Assembly (NCBI GenBank): GCA_051269935.1
Contig: JBNMFJ010000003.1
Coordinates: forward strand, 1-32,122
Direction: 5' to 3'
Length of the DNA stretch: 32,122 nt
Source of the DNA: Patescibacteria group bacterium
GTDB taxonomy: Archaea; Nanobdellota; Nanobdellia; Pacearchaeales; GW2011-AR1
Numbering within the stretch: position 1 is the first letter of the stretch; each line of letters starts with the position of its first letter. Made by a program: the position numbers and the translations under genes. A model generated the notes under the pieces. It saw only the letters and a list, made by a program, of their open reading frames with translations. It made no database searches and was not told the DNA's origin. This document shows, one piece after another, positions 8,657-16,678 of the stretch.

Positions 8657-9715
8657 CTAAGAAATTATTTTTTCCGAAATCAATTCAACCAACTCAGGAG
8701 AAATGTAATGAGCTACAGTAATTGTATAAGATGTTTCCCAAGCATCATGTTTCTTTGAGAATTTTTTATGACCCAACTCTTCAGCAATATGAGAATATAA
8801 ACTCTTAACTGCCGATTTATTTATTTCATCAGCATGTTGCAAAAAATTCTCAACAGTTGAAGTCGCATAATGACTACGAACAATATGAGGATAGAAGCGA
8901 ACACCACAATATTTCTCAAATGCATCTTCGAATTGAGTATCACGCAAGGGATGACCATTCACACCCGTAAATACAAAGTCATCATCATCTAATGCTCCAA
9001 GTTTCTCCACTAATCTCTCAATATAAAATTTCGGAAAGCGAACACTCTTTTTTTGAGGAACCCCATCTTTAGCAATAAAAGTAAAAGTCACTACATCACC
9101 ATCAATATCAATATCCCTTCGCTGTAAAGTTGTAAGCCCTTTATGCCCATTCATATTATAATATCCCTCATTCCCAATACGTATATACGTTTTAAGTAAA
9201 GTATACAAAGGCAAAGCCATCATATCATTCTTTCTCAAAGCCCGTCGTAACTTTTTCTCTAATTCCGGTAAATACTCTCCAAACTTATGAACCTTAATAA
9301 ATTTCCTACCCTTAGACTCCTTAATCTTTTTCTCAGTATACAAATAAGCCAACTTCCCATTTGGTTGAGCGAAAATTACATCCCAGTGAGTATTATTTTT
9401 TTCATCATGCATAATCAAATGAGGACTAAACAAACTATACCCCTTATCCAAATTTTGCCCATCAGGCATAACAGTAACCTTAGCCCCACGCACCAAAGAA
9501 TCAGAAGTTAAAAATCCCCTCAAAAATCGATCATCCTTGGGATCAACCAAAGCAGAATAATTAGCATGAGCTTTATACTTATGAGCAATTTCTTCAATAT
9601 GACTCACGTCAAAAGTACATTTCTTAAATCCTTTCTCAGTACCAGTAATAACTACAGGAATAACACCCTGAGTTAAAATACGAATACTCCCTAAAGGAAC
9701 ATTTGACACCACCAT
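8657..9715 (-). CDS. DNA topoisomerase IB-like protein (compact bacterial/poxvirus type)
   Basis: YIRIGNEGY, GLTTL, FTFIAKDG, HIVRSHYAT, AEELGH and HYISP give a complete R-K-R-H-Y catalytic set; ATG at 9715. Confidence 0.8.
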   Translation of the reverse strand: MVVSNVPLGSIRILTQGVIPVVITGTEKGFKKCTFDVSHIEEIAHKYKAHANYSALVDPKDDRFLRGFLTSDSLVRGAKVTVMPDGQNLDKGYSLFSPHLIMHDEKNNTHWDVIFAQPNGKLAYLYTEKKIKESKGRKFIKVHKFGEYLPELEKKLRRALRKNDMMALPLYTLLKTYIRIGNEGYYNMNGHKGLTTLQRRDIDIDGDVVTFTFIAKDGVPQKKSVRFPKFYIERLVEKLGALDDDDFVFTGVNGHPLRDTQFEDAFEKYCGVRFYPHIVRSHYATSTVENFLQHADEINKSAVKSLYSHIAEELGHKKFSKKHDAWETSYTITVAHYISPELVELISEKIIS

Positions 9716-9752
9716 CTTATAGAATTTAAGAAAAACAACTTTATATACATAA

Positions 9753-10160
9753 TTATTCAGATTCAGAAGACATCTCACGCAAAAGAATTCTTACATCAGT
9801 AACCATTTGTTCTATCTCAGTAAGTTTCTCAGAAATCTTCTTCTCCGTTTCCGGAACTTCAGCAACTTCACTCATCAAAGATTCAATTCGTTTAACCTCA
9901 GCCCGTTCATCATCACTTAATACAGCTTTATCACGAACAAATTCCAATTTACGCATTTCTTCTCGCAAGCTTTTCTTTAATTCAACATTATTATCCAAAA
10001 TCTTTTTAGCAGCATAATAATCTTCATGACTCACTTGAAAATAAAATGCCTTAAATCGTCGATATACATCACGAACATCAACAGTACCAGAAGTAGCCTC
10101 TTTCACAACTTCAGGATTCTGTAAACCAGACATTAATTTTTCATATTCATTTTCTTCCAT
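9753..10160 (-). CDS. Hypothetical acidic/coiled-coil protein
   Basis: 135 aa helical, E/K-rich ORF directly upstream of the TopIB-like gene. Confidence 0.7.
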   Translation of the reverse strand: MEENEYEKLMSGLQNPEVVKEATSGTVDVRDVYRRFKAFYFQVSHEDYYAAKKILDNNVELKKSLREEMRKLEFVRDKAVLSDDERAEVKRIESLMSEVAEVPETEKKISEKLTEIEQMVTDVRILLREMSSESE

Positions 10161-10289
10161 ACCTTATATATGAAACATCTATTTTTAAACATTATTCTAA
10201 TGCAAAAGACAAGTCCCCTAAATTATCAACCGAATAGGAAAAATCTCTAGAACAATAATCCTTTTAACTTACCAAAAAGGTAAACTAAT

Positions 10290-11684
10290 ATGCAACAAAA
10301 TTACCATACCTTCGTAATAAGCTTTTTCAAGAAATTAAATGCAACAATACAAGAAGATAACAACTCCTACATCATCACGAATATTCCAAGAACATTCCTG
10401 GACCTACTCAAAAAACCCGAGCCACTAAAAGTAAACTTTTCAAAAGAAACTCTTCAAAACTATGAAAACGTTTCCAACACATCCCCTGTCGGATTAGCCA
10501 TAAAAAAATTTGTAGATAATGCTGGGAAAACAACTCTATTATCAATAGAATTTACCAACAATATTCAAGAAGAAGCCCTTAAAAAAATATCACTAAAAAA
10601 CTGTGAAGTTCAAAACTTAAAACAAAGAATAACCAGCAATTTTTTCTCCAGAATAACCTTTCTAACAACCTTTAATTTTCTTAATAAAAAAGAACAAAAA
10701 GTAATCGAAGTATACGTTCATCAAGGAAAAATCCTCAAAGGGAATCTCCTAGGATATAAGATTATAGACGGAGAAAAAGCTCCATTAAATAGTGATGTAC
10801 TCAAGAATGATATACAAATTGCAAAAATTGAATTACAAGAAAGACTAAAGCCAATCACTGAAGAAATAAGCCAAGAAGTAAAAGAGGAATTAGACGAAGA
10901 TGTACAATCAGTTGAAAATCATTACGAAAAGCAATTAGAAGAATTAGCCACGGACCTAACCGAACAACTAGGGAGAATAAAAAAAACAGAAATAGAAATG
11001 AGATCCTCCGAAGGTGAAGAAAAAGAAGAGTTAAAAATAAAACTAGAGCGACTTAAAAAGGGATTATTAAAATTGAGCCAAGATGACATCCAAGACGATA
11101 TTCTAAAAGAACAAGAGTTTACAATTCGTGATATAAACCACAAATACAGCCTTGACATAAACAATAAAATATTAAACGTAACCGCAATCTATTACCCATT
11201 ATTCCATCTCAGTGCATACCTTAAAAACGACAATGCAAAAAGAATAATAGACCTAATATACGATCCATTAAAAGAAGATTTTCTAAAATTAAATTGCGAC
11301 ACCTGTCAGTCAAGAATTAACGAAATAAATCTATGTACCAACGGACATATCATTTGCTCAAACTGCAAAAAAAAATGTAACGAATGCATGCAACTTTATT
11401 GCATAAATTGCCTAAAAAGAACCTGTTCATCATGCGCAAAAGAGCTCTGTAAATCCTGTATTAAAGTCTGTCATGGATGTGGAAAAACCGTCTGCAAAAC
11501 ACACCACAGACTCGACTGTGTAAGTGGAGAAGAGAGATGTATCGCATGCCTAAGAGCCTGCAGCAGATGCCACGAACTAGCTCAAGAAAAGCACTTCAGC
11601 ATAAGCAAAGACAAAAGCAAGGTTTGCCAAAAATGCATAGGGATTGAAAATCAAGATGCAATCCTCAAGAAAATATTCGATTAA
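10290..11684 (+). CDS. YqhG-like protein with coiled coil and C-terminal multi-CxxC zinc-finger array
   Basis: N-terminus MQQ..H.F...FF......I resembles Bacillus YqhG (by eye); central coiled coil; 23 Cys in the C-terminal region. Confidence 0.65.
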   Translation: MQQNYHTFVISFFKKLNATIQEDNNSYIITNIPRTFLDLLKKPEPLKVNFSKETLQNYENVSNTSPVGLAIKKFVDNAGKTTLLSIEFTNNIQEEALKKISLKNCEVQNLKQRITSNFFSRITFLTTFNFLNKKEQKVIEVYVHQGKILKGNLLGYKIIDGEKAPLNSDVLKNDIQIAKIELQERLKPITEEISQEVKEELDEDVQSVENHYEKQLEELATDLTEQLGRIKKTEIEMRSSEGEEKEELKIKLERLKKGLLKLSQDDIQDDILKEQEFTIRDINHKYSLDINNKILNVTAIYYPLFHLSAYLKNDNAKRIIDLIYDPLKEDFLKLNCDTCQSRINEINLCTNGHIICSNCKKKCNECMQLYCINCLKRTCSSCAKELCKSCIKVCHGCGKTVCKTHHRLDCVSGEERCIACLRACSRCHELAQEKHFSISKDKSKVCQKCIGIENQDAILKKIFD

Positions 11685-11780
11685 TTCTAAATTTCATTGA
11701 ACGGTAATCTTAAAAGGGGATAATCTCTCATTATATTGTAAGTTTTACTTACATTGAGCTCGTCAAATGAGCGCGAGTAA

Positions 11781-11852
11781 GAGCTCGTAGTTTAATGGAT
11801 AGAATATTAGGTTTCGGCCCTAAGGATGGGGGTTCGATCCCCTCCGAGCTCG
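11781..11852 (+). tRNA. tRNA-Arg(TCG)
   Basis: Acceptor GAGCTCG/CGAGCTC, anticodon arm TTAGG-TTTCGGC-CCTAA, T arm GGGGG-TTCGATC-CCCTC, no encoded CCA. Confidence 0.95.
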
Positions 11853-11893
11853 TTACTAGAAGGGTGCCTTTTCACCCTTCTAGTATTCATATT
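11841..11893 (+). repeat. Direct repeat copy 1 (tRNA-Arg 3' end + trailer hairpin)
   Basis: 53 nt with 50/53 identity to 12012-12064; the first 39 nt are identical. Confidence 0.95.
11854..11885 (+). terminator. Perfect 13-bp hairpin in the tRNA-Arg trailer
   Basis: TACTAGAAGGGTG-CCTTTT-CACCCTTCTAGTA. Confidence 0.55.
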
Positions 11894-12011
11894 CTCTGAT
11901 GTAATCGAAGGCGCGAAGATATAATCAAACTATTGATTCTGGGGGTTTGAGCAAAACGCTTCTAAAAACAAAATAATAAACATTTTTTATATGCATTTTG
12001 CGAATAGTGAG
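11894..12011 (+). other. tRNA-associated structured element, copy A
   Basis: Collinear motifs and hairpin positions shared with 30677-30802 downstream of tRNA-Leu. Confidence 0.65.
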
Positions 12012-12064
12012 CCTCCGAGCTCGTTACTAGAAGGGTGCCTTTTCACCCTTTCGGTATTCATATT
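12012..12064 (+). repeat. Direct repeat copy 2 of the tRNA-Arg 3' end + trailer
   Basis: CCTCCGAGCTCGTTACTAGAAGGGTGCCTTTTCACCCTT..., 171 nt after copy 1. Confidence 0.95.
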
Positions 12065-12122
12065 ATTATATCTAGATTCCGCCCCCCAATAATCTTATAA
12101 ATCTCTTTAGCACAAGTAAACC

Positions 12123-13565
12123 ATGTCAGAAAAACCAGATGCCAAAGGTATCACAATAACAAAAGAACAAGACATAGCAGATTGGTATGAACAAGTCTGC
12201 CTAAAATCAAATATCGCAGATTTCGGTCCATCAAAAGGAACAATAATCATCAGGCCAAAAGGATACTTCATCTGGGAACAAATCACCAAATACTTCAACA
12301 CTAATATCAATGACAAACGAGGAGTAGAGAATGCCTTCTTTCCCCTCTTTATTCCAGAATCATTCTTCAAAAAAGAAGCACAACACGCAGAAGGATTCGC
12401 ACCTGAAGTAGCATGGATTGATAAAGAGCTTACAGGAGAAGGCGAAAGACTAGCAATTAGACCAACATCAGAAACCATCATCGCAGATTCATTCAGTAAA
12501 TGGTTACGCTCATACAAAGACTTACCAATGAAAGTAAATCAATGGTGTAACGTCGTAAGATGGGAAACCAAAGCGACAAAATTATTCCTAAGAGGAAGAG
12601 AGTTTATCTGGCAAGAAGGACATTGCCTCTACCAAACAAAAGATGAATGCGAGGAAGATACACTAGGAATAATCCAAGATTACCAAACATTAGCTAAAGA
12701 CCTATTGGCAATCCCAACAATTATAGGATTAAAAACCCAAAAAGAAAAATTCGCCGGAGCAGACCAAACATATACTATTGAGGGGTTTATGCCAGATGGC
12801 AAGGCGCTTCAGTCCGGAACTTCCCATAATCTAGGACAGAATTTTGCAAAAGCCTTCGATATTAACTACATCGGACAAGATGAAAAACAACATATTCCAT
12901 ACCAGAATTCCTGGGGCCTTTCATATCGTATAATGGGTGGCTTAATAATGACTCATTCTGACAACAAAGGATTAGTCCTACCGCCAAAAGTATCCAGAAA
13001 TAAGCTAGTAATAACCCCACTCTTCTTTAAAGGAAAAGAAGAAGAAGCACTAGCTAAAGCTATAGAACTAAAAGAAACACTACAAGAATTTAACCCAATC
13101 TTAGATGAAAGAACAGAAGTGAAGCCCGGAGCAAAATTCTCTGAATGGGAAATGCAAGGAATACCACTTCGAGTTGAAATTGGCCCAAAAGACATTGAAG
13201 CAAACCAAGTAATAGTCGTACAAAGAAACAATAATATAAAGCACACAGTTCCATTAGATGAGCTAAACCTACGAATATCCGTTATTCTAGACAAGATGCA
13301 TACAGAACTATATGACAAAGCAAATGAGACCCTTCAAAATAATATCACAGAGGTAAGTTCCTGGGATACCTTCAAAAGCACAATCGAAAACAAAAAAATC
13401 GCAAAAGTATCCTTTTGTAACACAACAGCCTGTGAAGAAGATATAAAGGAAGAAACAAAGGCTACCTCTAGATGCATTATTCTAAACACAAAGCCAACAA
13501 ACAAGGAATGCGTCAAATGCCAAAAGAAAGCAACGGTAGAAATCTATTTCTCTAAATCATACTAA
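12123..13565 (+). CDS. proS: Proline--tRNA ligase (archaeal/eukaryote type)
   Basis: IRPTSET, QWCNVVRWE...FLRGREFIWQEGH, GKALQSGTSHNLGQNF, C-terminal Zn domain ending in SY. Confidence 0.97.
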   Translation: MSEKPDAKGITITKEQDIADWYEQVCLKSNIADFGPSKGTIIIRPKGYFIWEQITKYFNTNINDKRGVENAFFPLFIPESFFKKEAQHAEGFAPEVAWIDKELTGEGERLAIRPTSETIIADSFSKWLRSYKDLPMKVNQWCNVVRWETKATKLFLRGREFIWQEGHCLYQTKDECEEDTLGIIQDYQTLAKDLLAIPTIIGLKTQKEKFAGADQTYTIEGFMPDGKALQSGTSHNLGQNFAKAFDINYIGQDEKQHIPYQNSWGLSYRIMGGLIMTHSDNKGLVLPPKVSRNKLVITPLFFKGKEEEALAKAIELKETLQEFNPILDERTEVKPGAKFSEWEMQGIPLRVEIGPKDIEANQVIVVQRNNNIKHTVPLDELNLRISVILDKMHTELYDKANETLQNNITEVSSWDTFKSTIENKKIAKVSFCNTTACEEDIKEETKATSRCIILNTKPTNKECVKCQKKATVEIYFSKSY

Positions 13566-13640
13566 ATCACAACATTCTTGTTTTGATTTATAAAATAGTA
13601 TTGTAATTTTTCAGTAATAGTACGTAAAATCATAATAATC

Positions 13641-13719
13641 TTTATATACTGATATGGGTAATAGAAGATACACACAACATATTGTGGTCTAAGGAGACTT
13701 TACCTACAACATATGGTGG
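13641..13719 (+). promoter_or_regulatory. TATA box plus tandem NrdR boxes upstream of nrdA
   Basis: TTTATATA at 13641; ACACAACATATTGTGG (13672-87) and CTACAACATATGGTGG (13704-19) are 32 bp apart and fit the consensus acaCwAtATaTwGtg. Confidence 0.8.
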
Positions 13720-16673
13720 TACAAACGAAAATGGTGATAAAGGTCAGAAAAAGAAGCGGAAAAATTGTCGAGTTAAATAGAGAGAAAATTGGACAGGCAA
13801 TTGGTAAATCTGTAACTTCAGTTGGATTTGGAGGGAGCTCTGAACTAGCAACAAGCTTATCAGATATTGTTATTGAGCGAATAAATATTGATGCAAAAGA
13901 TGATCAAGCGATAGTTTCTGTTGAGAAAATTCAAGACCTCGTAGAACGAGTATTAATCGAAGAAGGTCACTACGCAATAGCCAAGGCATATATTATTTAT
14001 AGAGAAAAAAGAAGAGAAGTCAGAGAAACTGTCATTGAAGGCATGGCTCAAAAAGGAATGAGTGGAAAATTAAGCATAAAGAAACGTAACGGCTCAATCC
14101 AACATTTCGACCTAAGTAAAGCACAAGCAAAATTAAACCGAGTATCGGTAGGATTTGAGAACCAAATTTCATACGAACTAATTACAAAAGAATTTATGAG
14201 AAACATCTTCGAAGGAATAGAAGCTCCAGATATCGACAAGGCATTAATCATGGCAGTTAGTTCATATATTGAGAAAGATCCAGCCTACAGCTTTATTGGA
14301 TCAAGATTATTCTTAGAAAAAATATACAGAGAAGTCTTTGGCCAAAAAGTTAACGATATGAACTTCCAAGATCTCTACACTGAATCATTCACAAAAAGTA
14401 TAAAGACTGGCCATGAAGATGGCCTATTAGATGACAGAATGTTAACCTTTGATTTCCAAAAAATAAGTGAAGCAATTAAGCCAAAAAGAGATTTATTACT
14501 CCAATACATGGGAGCACAAACATTATATGAAAGATATTTTATTAGAGTAAACAAACAAATCACAGAAACACCACAATATTTCTTTATGCGAGTAGCAATG
14601 GGACTAGCACTTGATGAAGAAAACAAAGAAGAAAAGGCCATTGAGTTCTACGAATTATTATCAACATTACGATTTATGTCTTCAACACCAACATTATTCA
14701 ACTCAGGACTAAAAAAATCTCAACTAAGCTCTTGCTATCTAACAACCGTAGAAGATGACCTAGGTGGAATCTTTAAAAATTATTCAGACAATGCTCAACT
14801 ATCAAAATGGTCCGGCGGACTTGGAAATGATTGGACAAACATTCGTGCAACAGGAGCACATATCAAAAGCACAGGAGTAGAAAGTCAAGGTGTTATTCCA
14901 TTCCTAAAAATTGCTAGTGATGTAACCGCAGCAATAAATAGAAGTGGAAGAAGAAGAGGAGCAACATGTGCATACCTTGAAACTTGGCACTTAGATGTAG
15001 AAGAATTTTTAGACTTACGAAAAAACACTGGAGATGACAGAAGAAGAACACATGATATGAATACCTCAAATTGGATACCAGACTTATTTATGAAAAGAGT
15101 AATGAACAATGAAGAATGGACATTATTCTCTCCAAACGAAGTACCAGAATTACACGAAACATATGGAAGCGACTTTGAAAGACGATATATTGAGTATGAA
15201 CAAAAGGCAAAGGCAGGAAAAATGGAACAAAACAAAACAGTAAGTGCCACAAAACTTTGGCGAAAAATGATTTCTATGCTATTCGAAACAGGTCATCCAT
15301 GGATTACATTTAAAGATCCATGCAACATCAGATCACCCCAAGATCACGTCGGAGTAATACACTCATCAAACCTATGTACAGAAATTACATTAAACACATC
15401 AAAAGATGAAATCGCAGTATGTAATTTAGGGTCAATAAATCTCGCTTCACATGTAAATAGCATCGGAGAAATAGATTATGACTTAATGAAAAAAACAGTA
15501 TTCACCGCAATCAATATGCTAGACAATGTAGTCGACCTAAACTTCTACCCAACAATCGAGGCAAAGAATTCAAACTTAAAACACAGGCCAATCGGCCTAG
15601 GAATCATGGGACTACAAGATTTATTCTTTAAAATGAATCTTGCATTTGACTCACCAAAGGCACTAGATACCTCAGACGAATTAATGGAAAACATTTCCTA
15701 CAACGCAATCATGGCATCCTCAACAATAGCGTCAAAAAAAGGAAGTTACAGTTCTTTCCCAGGATCTAAATGGGATAGAGGAATTTTCCCTCTAGACACA
15801 ATAGAATTACTCGAGAAAGAAAGAGGAATGCCAATTGAAGTATCAAAGAAGAAAAGGTTAAACTGGCAATTCCTAAAAGAATATGTAAAAGAACACGGAA
15901 TGCGAAATTCAAATACAATGGCAATCGCACCAACCGCAACAATCTCAACCATCAGTGGATGCTATCCTTGCATTGAACCAATCTACAAAAACATCTATGT
16001 AAAAAGCAACATGAGTGGAGAATTTACAATTATCAACAGCTATCTTATTCACGATTTGAAAAAATTAAATCTATGGAATGATACAATGATAGACAAACTA
16101 AAATATTACGATGGAAACCTTTCCCAAATTAATGATGTACCAATAGAACTTGCAAACAAATACAAAGAATCCTTCGACGTTGACCCAATGGTATCAATCA
16201 TGCACAATGCCCTTCGAGGAAAATGGATAGATCAAAGTCAATCCTTTAATGTGTTTATCAAAGGAACCTCAGGAAAACTCATAAGCGATGTATACCAATA
16301 TGCTTGGAGAGCTGGATTAAAAACAACCTATTATCTACGTTCCCTTGCCGCAACACAAATTGAAAAATCAACCTTAAGCGCAAAAGAATTTGGATTTACC
16401 CAAAAAAGAGAATATAAAGATGAAGAACCAAAAACAACAAACAATATACCAACTCTTGTTCCATCAACATTAGTAAATCCAAACGTAATTGAACAAGAGA
16501 GAATTAAAGAATTAGAACAACCCCAAGAAAACCAAAATACCCAAACAACCCCAATGCCCCTATTACAACAAAATAATAAACCAACAGAACAATCAAGCTC
16601 AATTTTTAATCCAAGTGGAGCACCAATTAAACTCTGCCGAATTGAAGACCCTGATTGCGAGGCTTGTCAGTAA
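13713..16673 (+). CDS. nrdA: Class I ribonucleotide reductase alpha subunit with two N-terminal ATP-cones
   Basis: VRKRSG and IKKRNG ATP-cone starts, STPTLFN, QLSSCYL, SSNLCTEI, APTATIS, KTTYY, C-terminal CEACQ. True start may be ATG 13731. Confidence 0.97.
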   Translation: MVVQTKMVIKVRKRSGKIVELNREKIGQAIGKSVTSVGFGGSSELATSLSDIVIERINIDAKDDQAIVSVEKIQDLVERVLIEEGHYAIAKAYIIYREKRREVRETVIEGMAQKGMSGKLSIKKRNGSIQHFDLSKAQAKLNRVSVGFENQISYELITKEFMRNIFEGIEAPDIDKALIMAVSSYIEKDPAYSFIGSRLFLEKIYREVFGQKVNDMNFQDLYTESFTKSIKTGHEDGLLDDRMLTFDFQKISEAIKPKRDLLLQYMGAQTLYERYFIRVNKQITETPQYFFMRVAMGLALDEENKEEKAIEFYELLSTLRFMSSTPTLFNSGLKKSQLSSCYLTTVEDDLGGIFKNYSDNAQLSKWSGGLGNDWTNIRATGAHIKSTGVESQGVIPFLKIASDVTAAINRSGRRRGATCAYLETWHLDVEEFLDLRKNTGDDRRRTHDMNTSNWIPDLFMKRVMNNEEWTLFSPNEVPELHETYGSDFERRYIEYEQKAKAGKMEQNKTVSATKLWRKMISMLFETGHPWITFKDPCNIRSPQDHVGVIHSSNLCTEITLNTSKDEIAVCNLGSINLASHVNSIGEIDYDLMKKTVFTAINMLDNVVDLNFYPTIEAKNSNLKHRPIGLGIMGLQDLFFKMNLAFDSPKALDTSDELMENISYNAIMASSTIASKKGSYSSFPGSKWDRGIFPLDTIELLEKERGMPIEVSKKKRLNWQFLKEYVKEHGMRNSNTMAIAPTATISTISGCYPCIEPIYKNIYVKSNMSGEFTIINSYLIHDLKKLNLWNDTMIDKLKYYDGNLSQINDVPIELANKYKESFDVDPMVSIMHNALRGKWIDQSQSFNVFIKGTSGKLISDVYQYAWRAGLKTTYYLRSLAATQIEKSTLSAKEFGFTQKREYKDEEPKTTNNIPTLVPSTLVNPNVIEQERIKELEQPQENQNTQTTPMPLLQQNNKPTEQSSSIFNPSGAPIKLCRIEDPDCEACQ

Positions 16674-16678
16674 ATAAA

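Noticed and set aside
8657-9715. Calling this gene a canonical integrase or protelomerase
   Set aside because: RIGNE.Y, GLTTL and F.F..K.G are TopIB signatures and no flanking att or telomere palindrome was seen; kept as TopIB-like with the hybrid motif noted
11860-11879. Inverted CCCTT/AAGGG pentamers (vaccinia TopIB site) in the tRNA-Arg repeat, with perfect identity ending after CCCTT
   Set aside because: Identity resumes after three mismatches, a 5-mer is common, and that specificity is known only for poxvirus enzymes
11960-12011. HDV-like/theta ribozyme reading of the tRNA-associated element (hairpin followed by GCGAAU)
   Set aside because: No P1/P3/P1.1 nested pseudoknot could be built, and the Leu copy has U at the would-be catalytic C
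11841-12064. Mini CRISPR array
   Set aside because: Only two units, a 53-nt repeat that includes tRNA sequence, a 118-nt spacer and no cas genes
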